DNA of 64,000 nt from Phoronis australis (taxonomy: Eukaryota; Animalia; Phoronida). Positions 42,001 to 57,000 of this stretch are shown here, one piece after another. A program made the translations under genes and the position numbers. Location of the stretch: positions 466,882 to 530,881 of the forward strand of contig NMRA01000279.1 in assembly GCA_002633005.1 (NCBI GenBank). The letters are read 5' to 3'. Below the pieces are notes generated by a model. That model ran no database searches. It had not been told where the DNA came from and saw nothing but the letters and a program-made list of their open reading frames with translations. Position 1 is the first letter of the stretch, and each line of letters starts with the position of its first letter.

Positions 42001-45000
42001 CGTCAGACCCACATAGGCGTGTAGCGTCACCACCTGTCGATTCATAGCCGTCGTCACAGGAATAAGTAGCTGTTCCTTGGTAAGTGGTGGTTGTAGTCGT
42101 GAAGTTTGAATTGGAGTTAGCGTTTGGTTGGCCACAATTCTTTGCTGAAGTTAATTAGAAGAGAAAGACGAATTACCATGTAATCTCAAACTTCTTTAGA
42201 AACTTGCTGAGGTATCAAGTGTCGCTCGAGATGACTTGAAAATCTAATATCCCTGGAGTGGGATTTTAAACAAATGCTTGATATTAAATTGGAAGCCGGC
42301 AAGAAGGTTGGTGACACGACATTTCTTCCGGATCCTTGTAGATTCATCTTTGTGAATTCAGTGTCCATAATGTCTGGACCCGCGTGAACAACACCGAAAA
42401 AGAAGAACGAAATGAACAAGAACAGTCGAAAGGTTTTCACCAGCAAAAACAAAAATTAAATAATTATTCAGAATCAGAGGCTGCACTTGGTTGACTTCAT
42501 CGCTTGTGCACAGTCAACCGGTTAAGACATGTGGTTGGTTCTCGATGGCGAATTTTGTTTTACATATCAATCAGGTGCAAGCCGTAAGTCAAAATGGGGA
42601 ACCAATCAGATGTCTTAAACCGGTAGAATCGGCTGGAACGGCGAACTCGATCACGTGGAGTGAATGTCCATCAAGAAGCATCAGTGATCCGCATCCGCGT
42701 TTCGATTAACAGACTTTCGAGTCCACCATTATGTAATACCTTATTTCTCCAGTACGTATCCCAAACCCGATTGACAAGAAGTTACTCTACGTACTTGTGC
42801 ATGACAAAGCAGTTCCAGTCCACGTTCCGTCCGACCCACATAGGCGGGTAACGTTACCAGCTGTCGGCTCATAGCCGTCGTCACAGGAATAAGTAGCTGT
42901 TCCTTGGTAAGTGGTGGTTGTAGTCGTGAAGTTTGAATTTGCGTTGGTGTTTGGCTGGCCACAACTCTTAACTGAAAATTAATAAAACAATAAAACAGGT
43001 ACATTAACGTGTGCTCTCGTACATGTAGGTCTCTTTTGGTAATGTGCTTACGTTTCTTGTTATTCAAGTTCATTTAAAATTCTATCGTTTTTGGAATAGA
43101 TTATTAACCCCATTGCAGAAAGAGATGGAAATGAAATGTGATCTAGATTCTTATGTTCACTTGAAAATTCAATCGTTATTGGAATGCTTAGTGATGATAT
43201 TTGAAATGATGCCTTAGGAAATTGGAGTCCGACACGTTAACAAGTGTCACGATAGTTCTTCCAAATTACTCTCCCTTCATGTTTGTGAAGAGAATTTCGA
43301 CAATTTTTCTACGTTTTCGTCCACAACACCGTAACAGATTAACAAGTCGATGGTTCAGCACACTAACTACTTTCATCATCGAAACGTAAATGAAATTATC
43401 CTTAATGAGAAATCTAACAAGTACAACTTTTGAGGGTTGAAAAGGGTTACAGAGCATGATTTTGTTTCCAAGAACAGGATGGGAAAGTTGTCTTAAAAAT
43501 CTGTTAATAGGCCAAAGTCGGGTTCAGTATCCTTTTAAGTAGCACTTTTGTCGGAAGTTTGTCGGAGTTTAATTCTTTGATGAAGTAACATTTGTCGAAA
43601 CGTTTCCGATAGTTGGACAGAAAGAAATCAGATTAGGTCGGAGATAAAATGAGTGGCTTTTTGTGTCCAAGATTTTCCGAACTTCGACACTGCAAACTTT
43701 AAATTAAACAAGACCAACGGAGAATGCATTGCAAATGGTGTGCTTTTATAGTTATTTATTTGTATCATAAAAATGGCCACTAAATGGCGCAAAAACATAC
43801 AATCCATCCAAAAACAGGAACATGCCGTATTTCATAAAAATCTGTCAAGGAACTTCAGAGAAACAAAGAAAAACAGAATAAAATGAAATTGCCACTAGTG
43901 GCCACAGTGTCCGTTGGATCCGCCTGAAAGTTGTCGTCGTATGTTATTATCTTCATATTAATACAATTGCTAAATTTAATAAAGATCCTGCATTGGGTTT
44001 ATGAGATACAACTACGGGCGCAAAACATAACTGCCTCTAGGAGGTGCCACAGTAGTCAGTCACCATCATCAAAGGTCGTCTTCACACTGAGAACATAATA
44101 TATGAAAATTTTGAAATGATTTGGTTGATACAGGGGTAGATGCCTAAAACAAGATTTGAAAACAGCAAAAATGGCCACTAGGTCGTGCAAAATAAATCGA
44201 TTCTATCCAAAAACAGAAAAATAGCGTCATCACACCAATAGAAGCCTACATTACAAATTTTATGAAAATCTGTTGTGGACGTTTGAAGATACAGAGTTAA
44301 AGGTAAAAAAATAAATTGCCACTAGGGGGCACACCGGTAGTCAGATCCGTTCGAAAGTTCGCTCATGTCGTCCCATTCATGAAAGAAACATATGTGCCAA
44401 ATTTCGTGAACGTATGTCAAAGGGTTTTGGAAATAGAGCAGCGGACGCCGGACACCAGACAGTCGGTCGCCGCACAGACGGACGGACGGACGGACGGACG
44501 GACGGAGATGACGGCATAAGGCGTCCACATATAAATATGTGGGCGCATAAAAAGCACTCTATAACGATTAACTCTCCAATTTGGCGTCACTCAACACCAA
44601 AAAATAAGAGCAATAACAGTACTGAACAGGGTAATTTCTATTTAAATCATGGAAGGAGCTTCAACACGCCAAAAGAAATCAATAAAAAGATCCGATGATT
44701 CAGACGAAGGCCAACATTTGGAGTCACTCTTACCATCGAAAAAGTGACCTTCACCGTTTTCACGCCTACAAATGTACTGGAATAACTCACTTGTGCACTC
44801 TAGTGCGGTACCACTCCATGATTTATTAGCCTGGCAAGTCCGTGAGACGTTGCCACCAGATTGTTCATAGCCAGAGTCACAGGCATAGTTGGCGATGTCC
44901 TCAAATGTGTCCGTATCAGATGTAACAGTTGAATTGGAATTGACGTTTGGGGAACCACATCCAACTCCTAAAAGGGCGTTATTGAAACATGACCAATCTT

Positions 45001-48000
45001 TTGCTTACAGTGACGATGGAAATGAGTATTGGGAAAGATAATAATCTGGCCACTATAGGAATATTAACACTTTAATGCCATGTTTGTTGACTAAGGAAAA
45101 GTAAACGCATTGATAATATTGATATATTGGCAGTATCAAATATCATTCAATCAGTTGTCGAAGCAAACCCTCAAAACGAGTTAGTGACGCATTTAACCAA
45201 GGTTCCGTACAACAGTTTATCGGATCAAAAAGTTGATCACGGGCTGGCCGCCTTATGTTAATTTTTATTATAGCACGTACGTATGACGACTTAGGAACAA
45301 TAGGAAATTGAATTATTATCGATCAACCCTAGTTTGAAGTTTTTTTTATAACAGCTCAATAAATAGTACAGCAACTCACTCATGCAGGTAAGAGCGGCAC
45401 CACTCCATGATTTATCAGCCAGGCAAGTTCGTGAGAGGTTTCCGCCAGATTGTTCATATCCAGTATCGCAAGCGTAGGTGGCGGTGTCACCAAAGAAATC
45501 AGTATCCGATGTAACAGTTGAGTTGGAGTTGATGTCTGGGGAGCCACAACTTACTCCTGAAAGCACGTTGAAGTGAAATGTTCAATGCAGTTTGTTCAGT
45601 GTGGCTATAAATATCCAATGTCAAATGCAAAATTTAAGTACAGTTTCCTTAAAAATGAACTATACAGTCTTTAACAGAACGCCAACAGATTTTACCAAAT
45701 TTGCATAAAATAATCGGCAGTAAAATTGGAGTATAGTCAAATATTTGTCGCTTCTTAAAGATAGTAAACCTTGTTTATATCATTTCAACCAATCCTCAAT
45801 CCGTCACCTGGAAAAATCAAATTCGGCACGTTTATTTTTAAAACTACTATGCATAACGTAACACAGCACAGGTTCGTGCAGTAGCATCGCTAACACATTT
45901 CTGCGAAAAACCTTCTCTAACAGGTACACGCTCGGTTTTAAGCCTAAAAAGCATTTGGGGAATATTACTTGACGAGGTCTAATTCTTCCAGTTGTTAGCT
46001 TTGACCAGCGCTATAAAACAACAAAACCTAAAATGCTTTTATGATTTAAATAGAAATTTCCAATTCTCACCTTTGCATGCCACACAGTAGGTGAAACCAT
46101 GGTCGTGTATTTACCAGTTAAATATTATTGAACTAATCAGCAAATTAATGCGTGTGGTTTACCTGCGCCAACAGAGAGATAGACTTTGACCGGGGAGGAT
46201 TGCAGGTTTGCATTCTCGCTGAAGCTGAACTCATCAAATCAATTTTGTCAAGGATAATTTGCATTTTTTTCTTAAATTCTGTAAAGAAACGTTGTTTGTG
46301 CATTGAGTTCTGCCCTCGAAACTGTTTCTTTTGACAGTCCGTCGATGCTGCGATGACAACTAGGATTGAAACTCAAAAGTAAGAGACATCATTCCACAAA
46401 TCAACAGACAGGCTCCACAGACAACCGAGATTGATGCTTATACCTTTTTATCAAATCAACCGATAACTTTCATAAAGACCCCCCAACACATATACATAGA
46501 CATATACATACTTTGACACTGTAGTGGCGTTGAATCCCAGGATGCGTTTGACAAACATGTCAACAAAGCTTCTCCAGACAACTTCTCGTAGCCAGGTTTG
46601 CACTTGTACGTCACAACAAAGCCATAAATAAAAACTGACCCAGTCCTGACAGCATTTTCATCCTCCGTTATAGGCTCTGAACAATTGATACCTGAATGTG
46701 CAGAGGTGTAATCATGCTGTTAGACAACGCAGTGCGATAGAATACTCAAACCAAACTTACATTTCTCCCAGTTGAGATCTCACTTAAAGCATAGCTTAAG
46801 TTCTTAAGCACATACATGGAGTTGTGGAGTTTGAAACCATTTTTGTGTCTAAGCAACGATGAGTATTGTCGAATGAGTAGTAAGTTATGTTTTAAACTGG
46901 GCACAGGAGCCAGCTCAATAGTATTGGATCTACTCGGCGGCATCTTCCTAAAATACCTACTTAAGTTTGTAGCGTGAAACAAACGTTTTAACTCTGCAAT
47001 TAAGTAAGTTGAAGTAACCAGATTCGTATAATAGTGGACATGATCATTGTTGTGTGATGTAGCCATCATAACCAAGACATATTTCGAGACCCCACTGTGT
47101 ACGAGTAAACAGACTGAGCCAATCTTCGTTTTTAGCCTGCTAACAGGGTGACATTCAGTTTTAAACCAAACCAAAAACAAAAAAAAAAACGCTTATATGC
47201 ACACTCGCATGATGAATTTTACTTAATTATACCTGCAGTGAAGGAGTTTCTAACATCAACCACCACCGCGTTCTCACTTCCGACAATCAATGACCTATTT
47301 GCGGCAATGATGGCATCTACTGCTTGAATGCTGGCTTTAAGCTTTTCAGCGTCAGACAAGTTGCCAACTAATAACAGCTGTTGATCAACAAGCACTGAAC
47401 CAGCCCTGAAAGGTGAATCGGTATTTCAGCAATTAAAACATCATAAAGTTAGTGAGTATGACAGAAAATATCTTCATAAAAACTACACTGCACCCAAGGT
47501 CTTCTTCTGTTCTGAGTACAGTGGATATGGCCAAACCAACTATCCCTATGATTTCCAAAAACCCAGGGACGCAGATCAAGCAGTTTATCAAGACATTGAG
47601 TCCAAATTCAATGTATTCTAATGTTATTGATTTGTGCAAGCTGTTCCGTGTACTTAGAGTTCAAATTCTATATATTGATACAATTTTTACCGATTATAAA
47701 TTTGGGTAATATACTTTACAGGATTAGAACGAGGCTGCGGAACTTTAAAACATACATAACAATCCAAATATAAGATTATAATGTTTATAGATGGATCAGT
47801 ATAGGGTAGAGTAAACACCAGATCCAGAAGTTTTCTTCTCCAAACAGTTGTTCAATAAATTATCGTTTCAAACTTAAATTGACTCACCGTAGCTGTTTAA
47901 TCTTGAGGCTGTTGTAATGTCCAACTCCTTGTCTGTATATTGGGTCGAGCTACAAAATAATCATGAGCATAAACACGACAATATATCGAAAGGAGTGAGT

Positions 48001-51000
48001 CAAAAAAACTATCTTACCTTGATCAATTGAAATAAGTTTCTGCTGCTAACAGAGCGCGCGTTATTTACTAACAAACTCAGCTTAAGCACATGTTCATGAA
48101 CTTATAAATGCTTACACTGAAATGTCCCAGTGACTACAAGCAGCCGACACAGTCTTGAATTATCTAAGTCCGGACGGATTTTAGTTAGTAGTGTGATTGG
48201 AAAACACCATAAATAATTCATACATAAGAAATCAAATAAAAATACTCACTGTGGTATTCAATTCCTTCAAAAACAGCTCCGTGGTTGGGTCTGACAGATT
48301 CTCGTAGTTCGATTTATACGACAACGATAGCTTCATTAGAATGCCGATGTAGGTTGTTGTTCCTGAAGGCGCATGTGTAGCCATGAAATAATGTAAGGAA
48401 CTTCCGGTACAACTTTAGAATGTGCTATTTGTACAATTTACAATAAAATAAACAGGGAAATGAGTCGGTATCACACGTAACAATTGAATTGTATTTGACT
48501 TCTGGGGAACTATACACTAATTCAAAAAGGACAGTGCAGTGAAATAGTCAACCTTCCCATACAGTGGCGATCGAGATATGTAATGTGAAATTGTATACTA
48601 TGGTCTATAAACGCTTTTTAGCACTTTAATTCCCCGGTTGGTGACTAAAAACTAACCACATTTACCATACATTTAGCCAGATCAATTATGATTGAATTAT
48701 TCGTCGAGGAAAAATTTCCGAGCGATTGCTAGGGCATTTCAGTCAGGATATGTTCAACCATGTATTTCTAAAAAAATTAAGACTAAAAATGATAATAGAG
48801 TATTTCTGGGCAAGGCCAATTTCATCTATTTTGCAGGTCTATAAATATTGAAGCAACTCACTCCTGCACATCAGAGCAGACCCACTCCATGTTTGATCGG
48901 CCTGACATGTCCGTGAGAGGTCGCCACCAGATTGTTCATATCCAGCATCACAAGCATAGTTGGCAGTGTCCCCAAAGTCATTTGTATCAGATGTAACGGT
49001 AGAATTTGGGTTAACGTCGGGGGGACCACAACTTACTCCTGAAATAATATTGACATATAGTGGTCAATATTGTGCGAGTGGTGTCGCTGTATATGGAGCC
49101 TCTAAGTTGATCTAATTGAGATTGTGGTCTCAGTCGTGTTTGCGCTCATGCGTTTGCCTAATCAGCTGTTCCCTGTCAGCCGCTTCGTGTCCATTGTGCC
49201 TGGTCTATATGCAGGTTCATATTTTTAGAGTAAGTTGTTGGAATTTCGAGAATGAATATGAAGCAACACTCATCGAAATTAATTGTTTTGATAGTTTTCC
49301 ACATTGAAAACAGTATATAGTGGAAAAGAAATCCGTGTTCTTGCTTAATTTATGTCTAATATTAAGAATGTCAAATTCATTTTGGAACCCAATTATAACA
49401 ATTAAACATTTAATGAGCATATATTTGACACCAAAACGAGCATTAATGAACGAAAAGAATCACACAAACTCCAATTCAATCTGAAAAAGAGCCACATTTT
49501 CAGATCAATTTATCAATGCTCACCCATGGCATTTGATTTCAAGACTTAGTAGACTCACCAATTCGCAGTAGATTGACACCTGTTTGACATTTCGACTGCC
49601 AGTGTTTCTTAAGGACTGTTATGTAATATTTTAGGTTTGCACGAAACCAAAAGCAAATACAAAATAGTACGTACTTGTGCATGACAAAGCAGTTCCAGTC
49701 CAAGCTCCGTCAGACCCACATAGGCGTGTAGTGTTACCACCTGTCGATTCATAGCCGTCGTCACAGGAATAAGTAGCTGCTCCTTGGTAAGTGGTGGATG
49801 TAGTCGTGACGTTGGAATTTGCGTTGGCGGTTGGATGGCCACAATCTTTTACTGGAAATTATGAAAAGAGAAAGAGGCCCATTAACATGTAAGTTCACAC
49901 GTCTCCTTTACAAATGTATTCACGTTCTTATATTGGTCGAATTTCATTACAACTCTCTCGTTATTAATATAGATCATGATGAAGCAAATGGCAGAGCTTA
50001 ATTATGATGCTTTAAGCCATTGCACGCCAACACGCACATGGCAGTTAGTGTCACAATATTGTATGCAAAATCTTAAGCATTGATGTTCATGAAGACTGTC
50101 GATAACTTTAAGGCCCTCGATGGCAGAGGAAAAGAGATATTAGAAATATAACACAAGTTAGGCACAATACAACATTTCAGGAGCAAGATAGAAAAAAAAT
50201 ATAAAAAATGAGAGACCGCTATTGTTTGATTTACCCTGAAATGGGCCTGGTCAATACTTTGTTTCCGTTGTTTGTGCTAGATAATCACTTCCTTCTGAGA
50301 TATCAATCAGTTCTCAGGAAGAAATCGTCATCTAGAACAACGAGATGTCTAAAGCAGTTATTTAACAATGCTGCCGCGGAAAAATCTATCAATTGCAAGC
50401 AGTGTATCAAGAATAAATATCAGTCATTGAGATCCCTCGTTTCGACTGCCAGTTTTTCTTAAGGACTGTTATGTAAAGTTTTAGGTTTGCAAGAAACCAA
50501 AAGCAAATACAAAATAGTACGTACTTGTGCATGACAAAGCAGTTCCAGTCCAAGCTCCGTCAGACCCACATAGGCGTGTAGTGTTACCACCTGTCGATTC
50601 ATAGCCGTTGTCACAGGAATATGTAGCTGTTCCTTGGTAAGTGGTGGATGTAGTCGTGACGTTGGAATTTGCGTTGGCGGTTGGTTGGCCACAATCTTTT
50701 ACTAGAAATTATGAAAAGAGAAAGAGGCACATTAACATGTAAGTTCACACGTCTCCTTTACAAATGTACTCACGTTGTTATATTGGTCGAATTTCATTAC
50801 AACTCTCTCGTTTTTGATATAGATCATGATGAAGCAAATGGTAGAGCTTAATTATGATGCTTTAAATCATTGGAGGCCAACACGCACATGGCAGTTAGTG
50901 TCACAACAGTGTATGCAAAATCTTAAGCATTGATGTTCATGAAGACTGTCGATAACATTAAGGCTCTTGTTGGCACAGGAAAAGAGATATTATGAAAACA

Positions 51001-54000
51001 ACAAATGTTATGCACAATACAACATTTCGGGAGCAAGAAAGAAAAGAAATATCAAAATGAGAGACCGCCATTGTTTGATTTAGGTATAAATGGGCCTTGT
51101 CAATACTTTTTTCCGTTGTGTGTGCTCGATAATCACTTCCTCCTGAGAGATCCATCAGTTGTAAGGCAGAAGTCGTCATCGAGAACAACGAGATGTCTAA
51201 AGCAATTATTCAACAATGCTGTGGCTGAAAAATCTATCAATTCAAAGCAGTGTCTCAAGAAGAAATATCGGTCACTGATATCCCCCGTTTCGACTGCCAG
51301 TTTTCTTAAGGACTGTTATGTAATATTTTAGGTTTGCACGAAACCAAAAGCAAATACAAAATAGTACGTACTTGTGCATGACAAAGCAGTTCCAGTCCAA
51401 GCTCCGTCAGACCCACATAGACGTGTAGTGTTACCACCTGTCGATTCATAGCCGTCGTCACAGGAATAAGTAGCTGTTCCTTGGTAAGTGGTGGATGTAG
51501 TCGTGACGTTGGAATTTGCGTTGGCGGTTGGTTGGCCACAATCTTTTACTGGAAATTATGAAAAGAGAAAGAGGCCCATTAACATGTAAGTTCACACGTC
51601 TCCTTTACAAATGTACTCACGTTCTTATATTAGTCGAATTTCATTACAACTCTCTCGTTATTAATATAGATCATGATGAAGCAAGTGGTAGAGCTTAATT
51701 ATGATGCTTTAAATCATCGGAGGCCAACACGCACATGGCAGTTAGTGTCACAATAGTGTATGCAAAATCTTAAGCATTGATGTTCATGAAGTCTGTCGAT
51801 AACTTTTAAGCTCTCGTTGGCACAGGAAAAGAGATATTATCAATATAACAAAAGTTAGGCACAATACAACATTTCAGGAGGATGAAAGAAAAGAAATAAA
51901 AAAATGAAAGACCGCCATTTTTGACTTACCCAGAAATGGGCCTGGTCAATACTTTGTTTCCGTTGTTTGTGCTCGGTAATCAATTCTTTCTGAGAGATCA
52001 ATCAGTTGTAAGGCAGAAGTCGTCATCGAGAACAACGAGATGTCTAAAGCAATTATTCAACAATGCTGCGGCGGAAAAATCTATCAATTGCAAGCAGTGT
52101 CTAAAGACGAAATATCGGTCATTGAGATCCCCCGATTCGACTGTCAGTTTTTCTTAAGGACTGTTTTGTAATATTTTAGGTTTCCACGAAACCAAAAGCA
52201 AATACAAAATAGTACGTACTTGTACATGACAAAGCAGTTCCAGTCCAAGCTCCGTCAGACCCACATAGGCGTGTAGTGTTACCACCTGTCGATTCATAGC
52301 CGTCGTCACAGGAATAAGTAGCTGTTCCTTGGTAAGTGGTGGATGTAGTCGTGACGTTGGAATTTGCGTTGGCGGTTGGTTGGCCACAATTTTTTACTGG
52401 AAATTATGAAAAGAGAAAGAGGCACATTAACATGTAAGTTCACACGTCTCCTTTACAAATATACTCACTTTCTTATATTTTTCGAATTTCATTACAACTC
52501 TCTCGTTATTAATGTAGATCATGATGAAGCAAATGGTAGAGCTTAATTATGATGCTTTAAGTCATTGGAGGCCAACACGCACATGGCAGTTAGTGTCACA
52601 ATAGTGTATGCAAAATCTTATGCATTGATGTTCATGAAGACTGTCGATAAGTTTAAGGCTCTCGTTGGCACAGGAAAAGAGATATTATAATTATAACAAA
52701 AGTTAGGTACAATACAACATTTAAGGAGCAAGAAACAAAAGAAATATAAAAAATGAGAGACTGACATTGTTTGATCTAGCCAGAAATGGGCCTGGTCAAT
52801 ATTTGTTTCCGTTGTTTGTGCTCGATAACCACTTCCATCTGAGAGATCAATCAGTTGTAAGGCAGAAGTCGTCATCGAGAACAACGAGATGTCTAAAGCA
52901 ATTATTCAACATTGCTGCGGCGGAAAATTCTATCAATTGCAAGCAGTGTTTAAAGAAGAAATATCGGTCATTGAGATCCCCCGTTTCGACTGCCAGTTTT
53001 TCTCAATGACTGTTATGTAATATTTTAGGTTTGCACAAAAGCAAAGCAAATACTAAATAGTACGTACTTGTGCATGACAAAGCAGTTCCAGTCCAAGCTC
53101 CGTCAGACCCACATAGGCGTGTAGTGTTACCACCTGTCGATTCATAGCCGTCGTCACAGGAATAAGTAGCTGTTCCTTGGTAAGTGGTGGATGTAGTCGT
53201 GACGTTGGAATTTGCGTTGGCGGTTGGTTGGCCACAATCTTTTACTGAAAATTATGAAAAGAGAAAGAGGCACATTAACATAAAAGTTCACACGTCTCCT
53301 TTACAAATGTACTCACGTTCTTATATTAGTCGAATTTCGTTACAACTCCCTCGTTATGAATATAGATCATGATGAAGCAACTGGTAGAGCTTAATTACGA
53401 TGGTTTAAGTCATTGGAGGCCAACACGCCCATGGCAGTTAGTGTCACGATTGAGTATGCAAAATCTAAAGCATTGATGTTCATGAACACTTTCGATAACT
53501 TTAAGGCTCTCGTTGGCACAGGAAAAGAGATATTATAAATATAACAAATATTAGGCACAATACAACATTTCAGGAGCAAGAAAGAAAAGAACTATAAAAA
53601 ATGAGAGACTGCCACTGTTTGATTTAGCCAGAAATGGGCCTGATCAATACTTTGTTTCCGTTGCTTGTGTTCGATAACCACTTCGTTCTGAGAGATCAAA
53701 CAGTTGTAAGGCAGAAGTCGTCATCGAGAACAACGAGATGTCTAAAGCAATTATTCAACAATGCTGCGGCCGAAAAATGTATCAATTGCGAGCAGTGTCT
53801 CAAGAAGAAATATCGGTCATTGAGATCCCCCGTATCGACTGCCAGTTTTTCTTAAGGACTGTTATGTAATATTTTAGGTTTGCACGAAACCAAAAGCAAA
53901 TACAAAATAGTACGTACATGTGCATGACAAAGCAGTTCCAGTCCAAGCTCCGTCAGACCCACATAGGCGTGTAGTGTTACCACCTGTCGATTCATAGCCG

Positions 54001-57000
54001 TCGTCACAGGAATAAGTAGCTGTTCCTTGGTAAGTGATGGATGTAGTCGTGACGCTGGAATTTGCGTTGGCGGTTGGTTGGCCACAATCTTTTACTGGAA
54101 ATTATGAAAAGAGAAAGAGGCACATTAACATGTAAGTTCACACGTTTCCTTTACAAATGTACTCACTTTCTTATATTGGTCGAATTTCATTACAACTCTC
54201 TCGTTATTAATGTAGATCATGATGAAGCAAATGGTAGAGCTTAATTATGATGCTTTAAGTCATTGGAGGCCAACACGCACATGGCAGTTAGTGTCACAAT
54301 AGTGTATGCAAAATCTTATGCATTGATGTTCATGAAGACTGTCGATAAGTTTAAGGCTCTCGTAGCCACAGGAAAAGAGATATGATAGTTATAACAAAAG
54401 TTAGGTACAATACAACATTTAAGGAGCAAGAAAGAAAAGAAATATAAAAAGTGAGAGACTGACATTGTTTGATTTAGCCAGAAATGGGCCTGGTCAATAC
54501 TTTGTTTCCGTTGTTTGTGCTCGATAACCACTTCCATCTGAGAGATCAATCAGTGGAAGGCAGAAGTCGTCATCGAGAACAACGAGATGTCTAAAGCAAT
54601 TATTCAGCAATGTTGCGGCGGAAACTTCTATCAATTGCAAGCAGTGTCTAAAGAAGAAATATCGGTCATTGAGATCCCCCGTTTCGACTGCCAGTTTTTC
54701 TCAATGACTGTTATGTAATATTTTAGGTTTGCACAAAAGCAAAGCAAATACTAAATAGTACGTACTTGTGCATGACAAAGCAGTTCCAGTCCAAGCTCCG
54801 TCAGACCCACATAGGCGTGTAGTGTTACCACCTGTCGATTCATAGCCGTCGTCACAGGAATAAGTAGCTGTTCCTTGGTAAGTGGTGGATGTAGTCGTGA
54901 CGTTGGAATTTGCGTTGGCGGTTGGTTGGCCACAATCTTTTACTGGAAATTATGAAAAGAGAAAGAGGCACATTAACATGTAAGTTCACACGTCTCCTTT
55001 ACAAATGTACTCACGTTCTTATATTGGTCGAATTTCATTACAACTCTCTCGCTATTAATATAGATCATGATGAAGCAAATGGTAGAGCTTAATTATGATG
55101 TTGTAAGTCATTGGAGGCCAACACGCACATGGCAGTTAGTGTCAAAATAGTGTATGCAAAATCTTATGCATTGATGTCCATGAAGACTGTCGATAACTTT
55201 AAGGCTCTCGTTGGCACAGGAAAAGAGATATTATAAATATAACAAAAGTTAGGCACAATACAACATCTCAGGATCAAGAAAGGATAGAAATATAAAAAAT
55301 GAGAGACTGACATTGTTTGATTTAGCCAGAAATGGGCCTGGTCAATACCTTGTTTCCGCTGTTTGTGCTCGATAATCACTTGATTCTGAGAGATTAATCA
55401 GTTGTAAGGCAGAAGTCGTCATCGAGAACAACGAGATGTCTCAAGCAATTATTCAACAATGCTTCGGCGGAAAAATCTTTCAATTGCAAGCAGTGTCTAA
55501 AGAAGAAATATCGGTCATTGAGATCCCCCGTTTCGACTGCCAGGTTTTCTTAAGGCGTGGTATGTAATATTTTAGGTTTGCACGAAACAAAAGCAAATAC
55601 AAAAGAGTACGTACTTGTGCATGACAAAGCAGTTCCAGTCCAAGCTCCGTCAGACCCACATAGGCGTGTAGTGTTACCACCTGTCGATTTATAGCCGACG
55701 TCACAGGAATAAGTAGCTGTTCCTTGGTAAGTGGTGGATGTAGTCGTGACGTTGGAATTTGCGTTGGCGGTTGGTTGGCCACAATCTTTTACTGAAAATT
55801 ATGAAAACAGAAAGAGGCACATTAACATAAAAGTTCACACGTCTCCTTTACAAATGTACTCACGTTCTTATATTAGTCGAATTTCATTACAACTCTCTCG
55901 TTATGAATATAGATCATGATGAAGCAACTGGTAGAGCTTAATTATGATGGTTTAAGTCATTGGAGGCCAACACCCCATGGCAGTTAGTGTCACGATTGAG
56001 TATGCAAAATCTAAAGCATTGATGTTCATGAACACTTTCGATAACTTTAAGGCTCTCGTTGGCACAGGAAAAGAGATATTATAAATATAACAAATATTAG
56101 GCACAATACAACATTTCAGGAGCAAGAAAGAAAAGAAATATAAAAAATGAGAGACTGACATTGTTTGATCTAGCCAGAAATGGGCCTGGTCAATACTTTG
56201 TTTCCGTTGTTTGTACTCGATAACCACTTCCATCTGAGAGATCAAACAGTTGTAAGGCAGAAGTCGTCATCGAGAACAACGAGATGTCTAAAGCAATTAT
56301 TCAACAATGCTGCGGCGGAAAATTCTATCAATTGCAAGCAGTGTCTAAAGAAGAAATATCGGTCATTGAGATCCCCGTTTCGACTGCCAGTTTTTCTCAA
56401 TGACTGTTATGTAATATTTTAGGTTTGCACAAAAGCAAAGCAAATACTAAATAGTACGTACGTGTGCATGACAAAGCAGTTCCAGTCCAAGCTCCGTCAG
56501 ACCCACATAGGCGTGTAGTGTTACCACCTGTCGATTCATAGCCGTCGTCACAGGAATAAGTAGCTGTTCCTTGGTAAGTGGTGGATGTAGTCGTGACGTT
56601 GGAATTTGAGTTGGCGGTTGGTTGGCCACAATCTTTTACTGGGAATTATGAAAAGAGAAAGAGGCACATTAACATGTAAGTTCACACGTCTCGTTTACAA
56701 ATGTACTCACTTTCTTATATTCGTCGAATTTCATTACAACTCTCTCGTTATTAATGTAGATCATGATGAAGCAAATGGTAGAGCTTAATTATGCTGCTTT
56801 AAGTCATTGGAGGCCAACACGCACATGGCAGTTAGTGTCACAATAGTGTATGCAAAATCTTATGCATTGATGTTCATGAAGACTGTAGATAAGTTTAAGG
56901 CTCTCGTTGGCACAGGAAAAGGGATATTATAATTATAACAAAAGTTAGGTACAATAAAACATTTAAGGAGCAAGAAAGAAAAGAAATGTAAAAAATGAGA

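Noticed and set aside
51915-51945. Possible additional exon in the array intron (minus-strand G|GTAAGT donor-like site, also near 61180 and 62830)
   Set aside because: Present in only a minority of units, and the upstream sequence has stops and indels. No conserved acceptor or frame was found.
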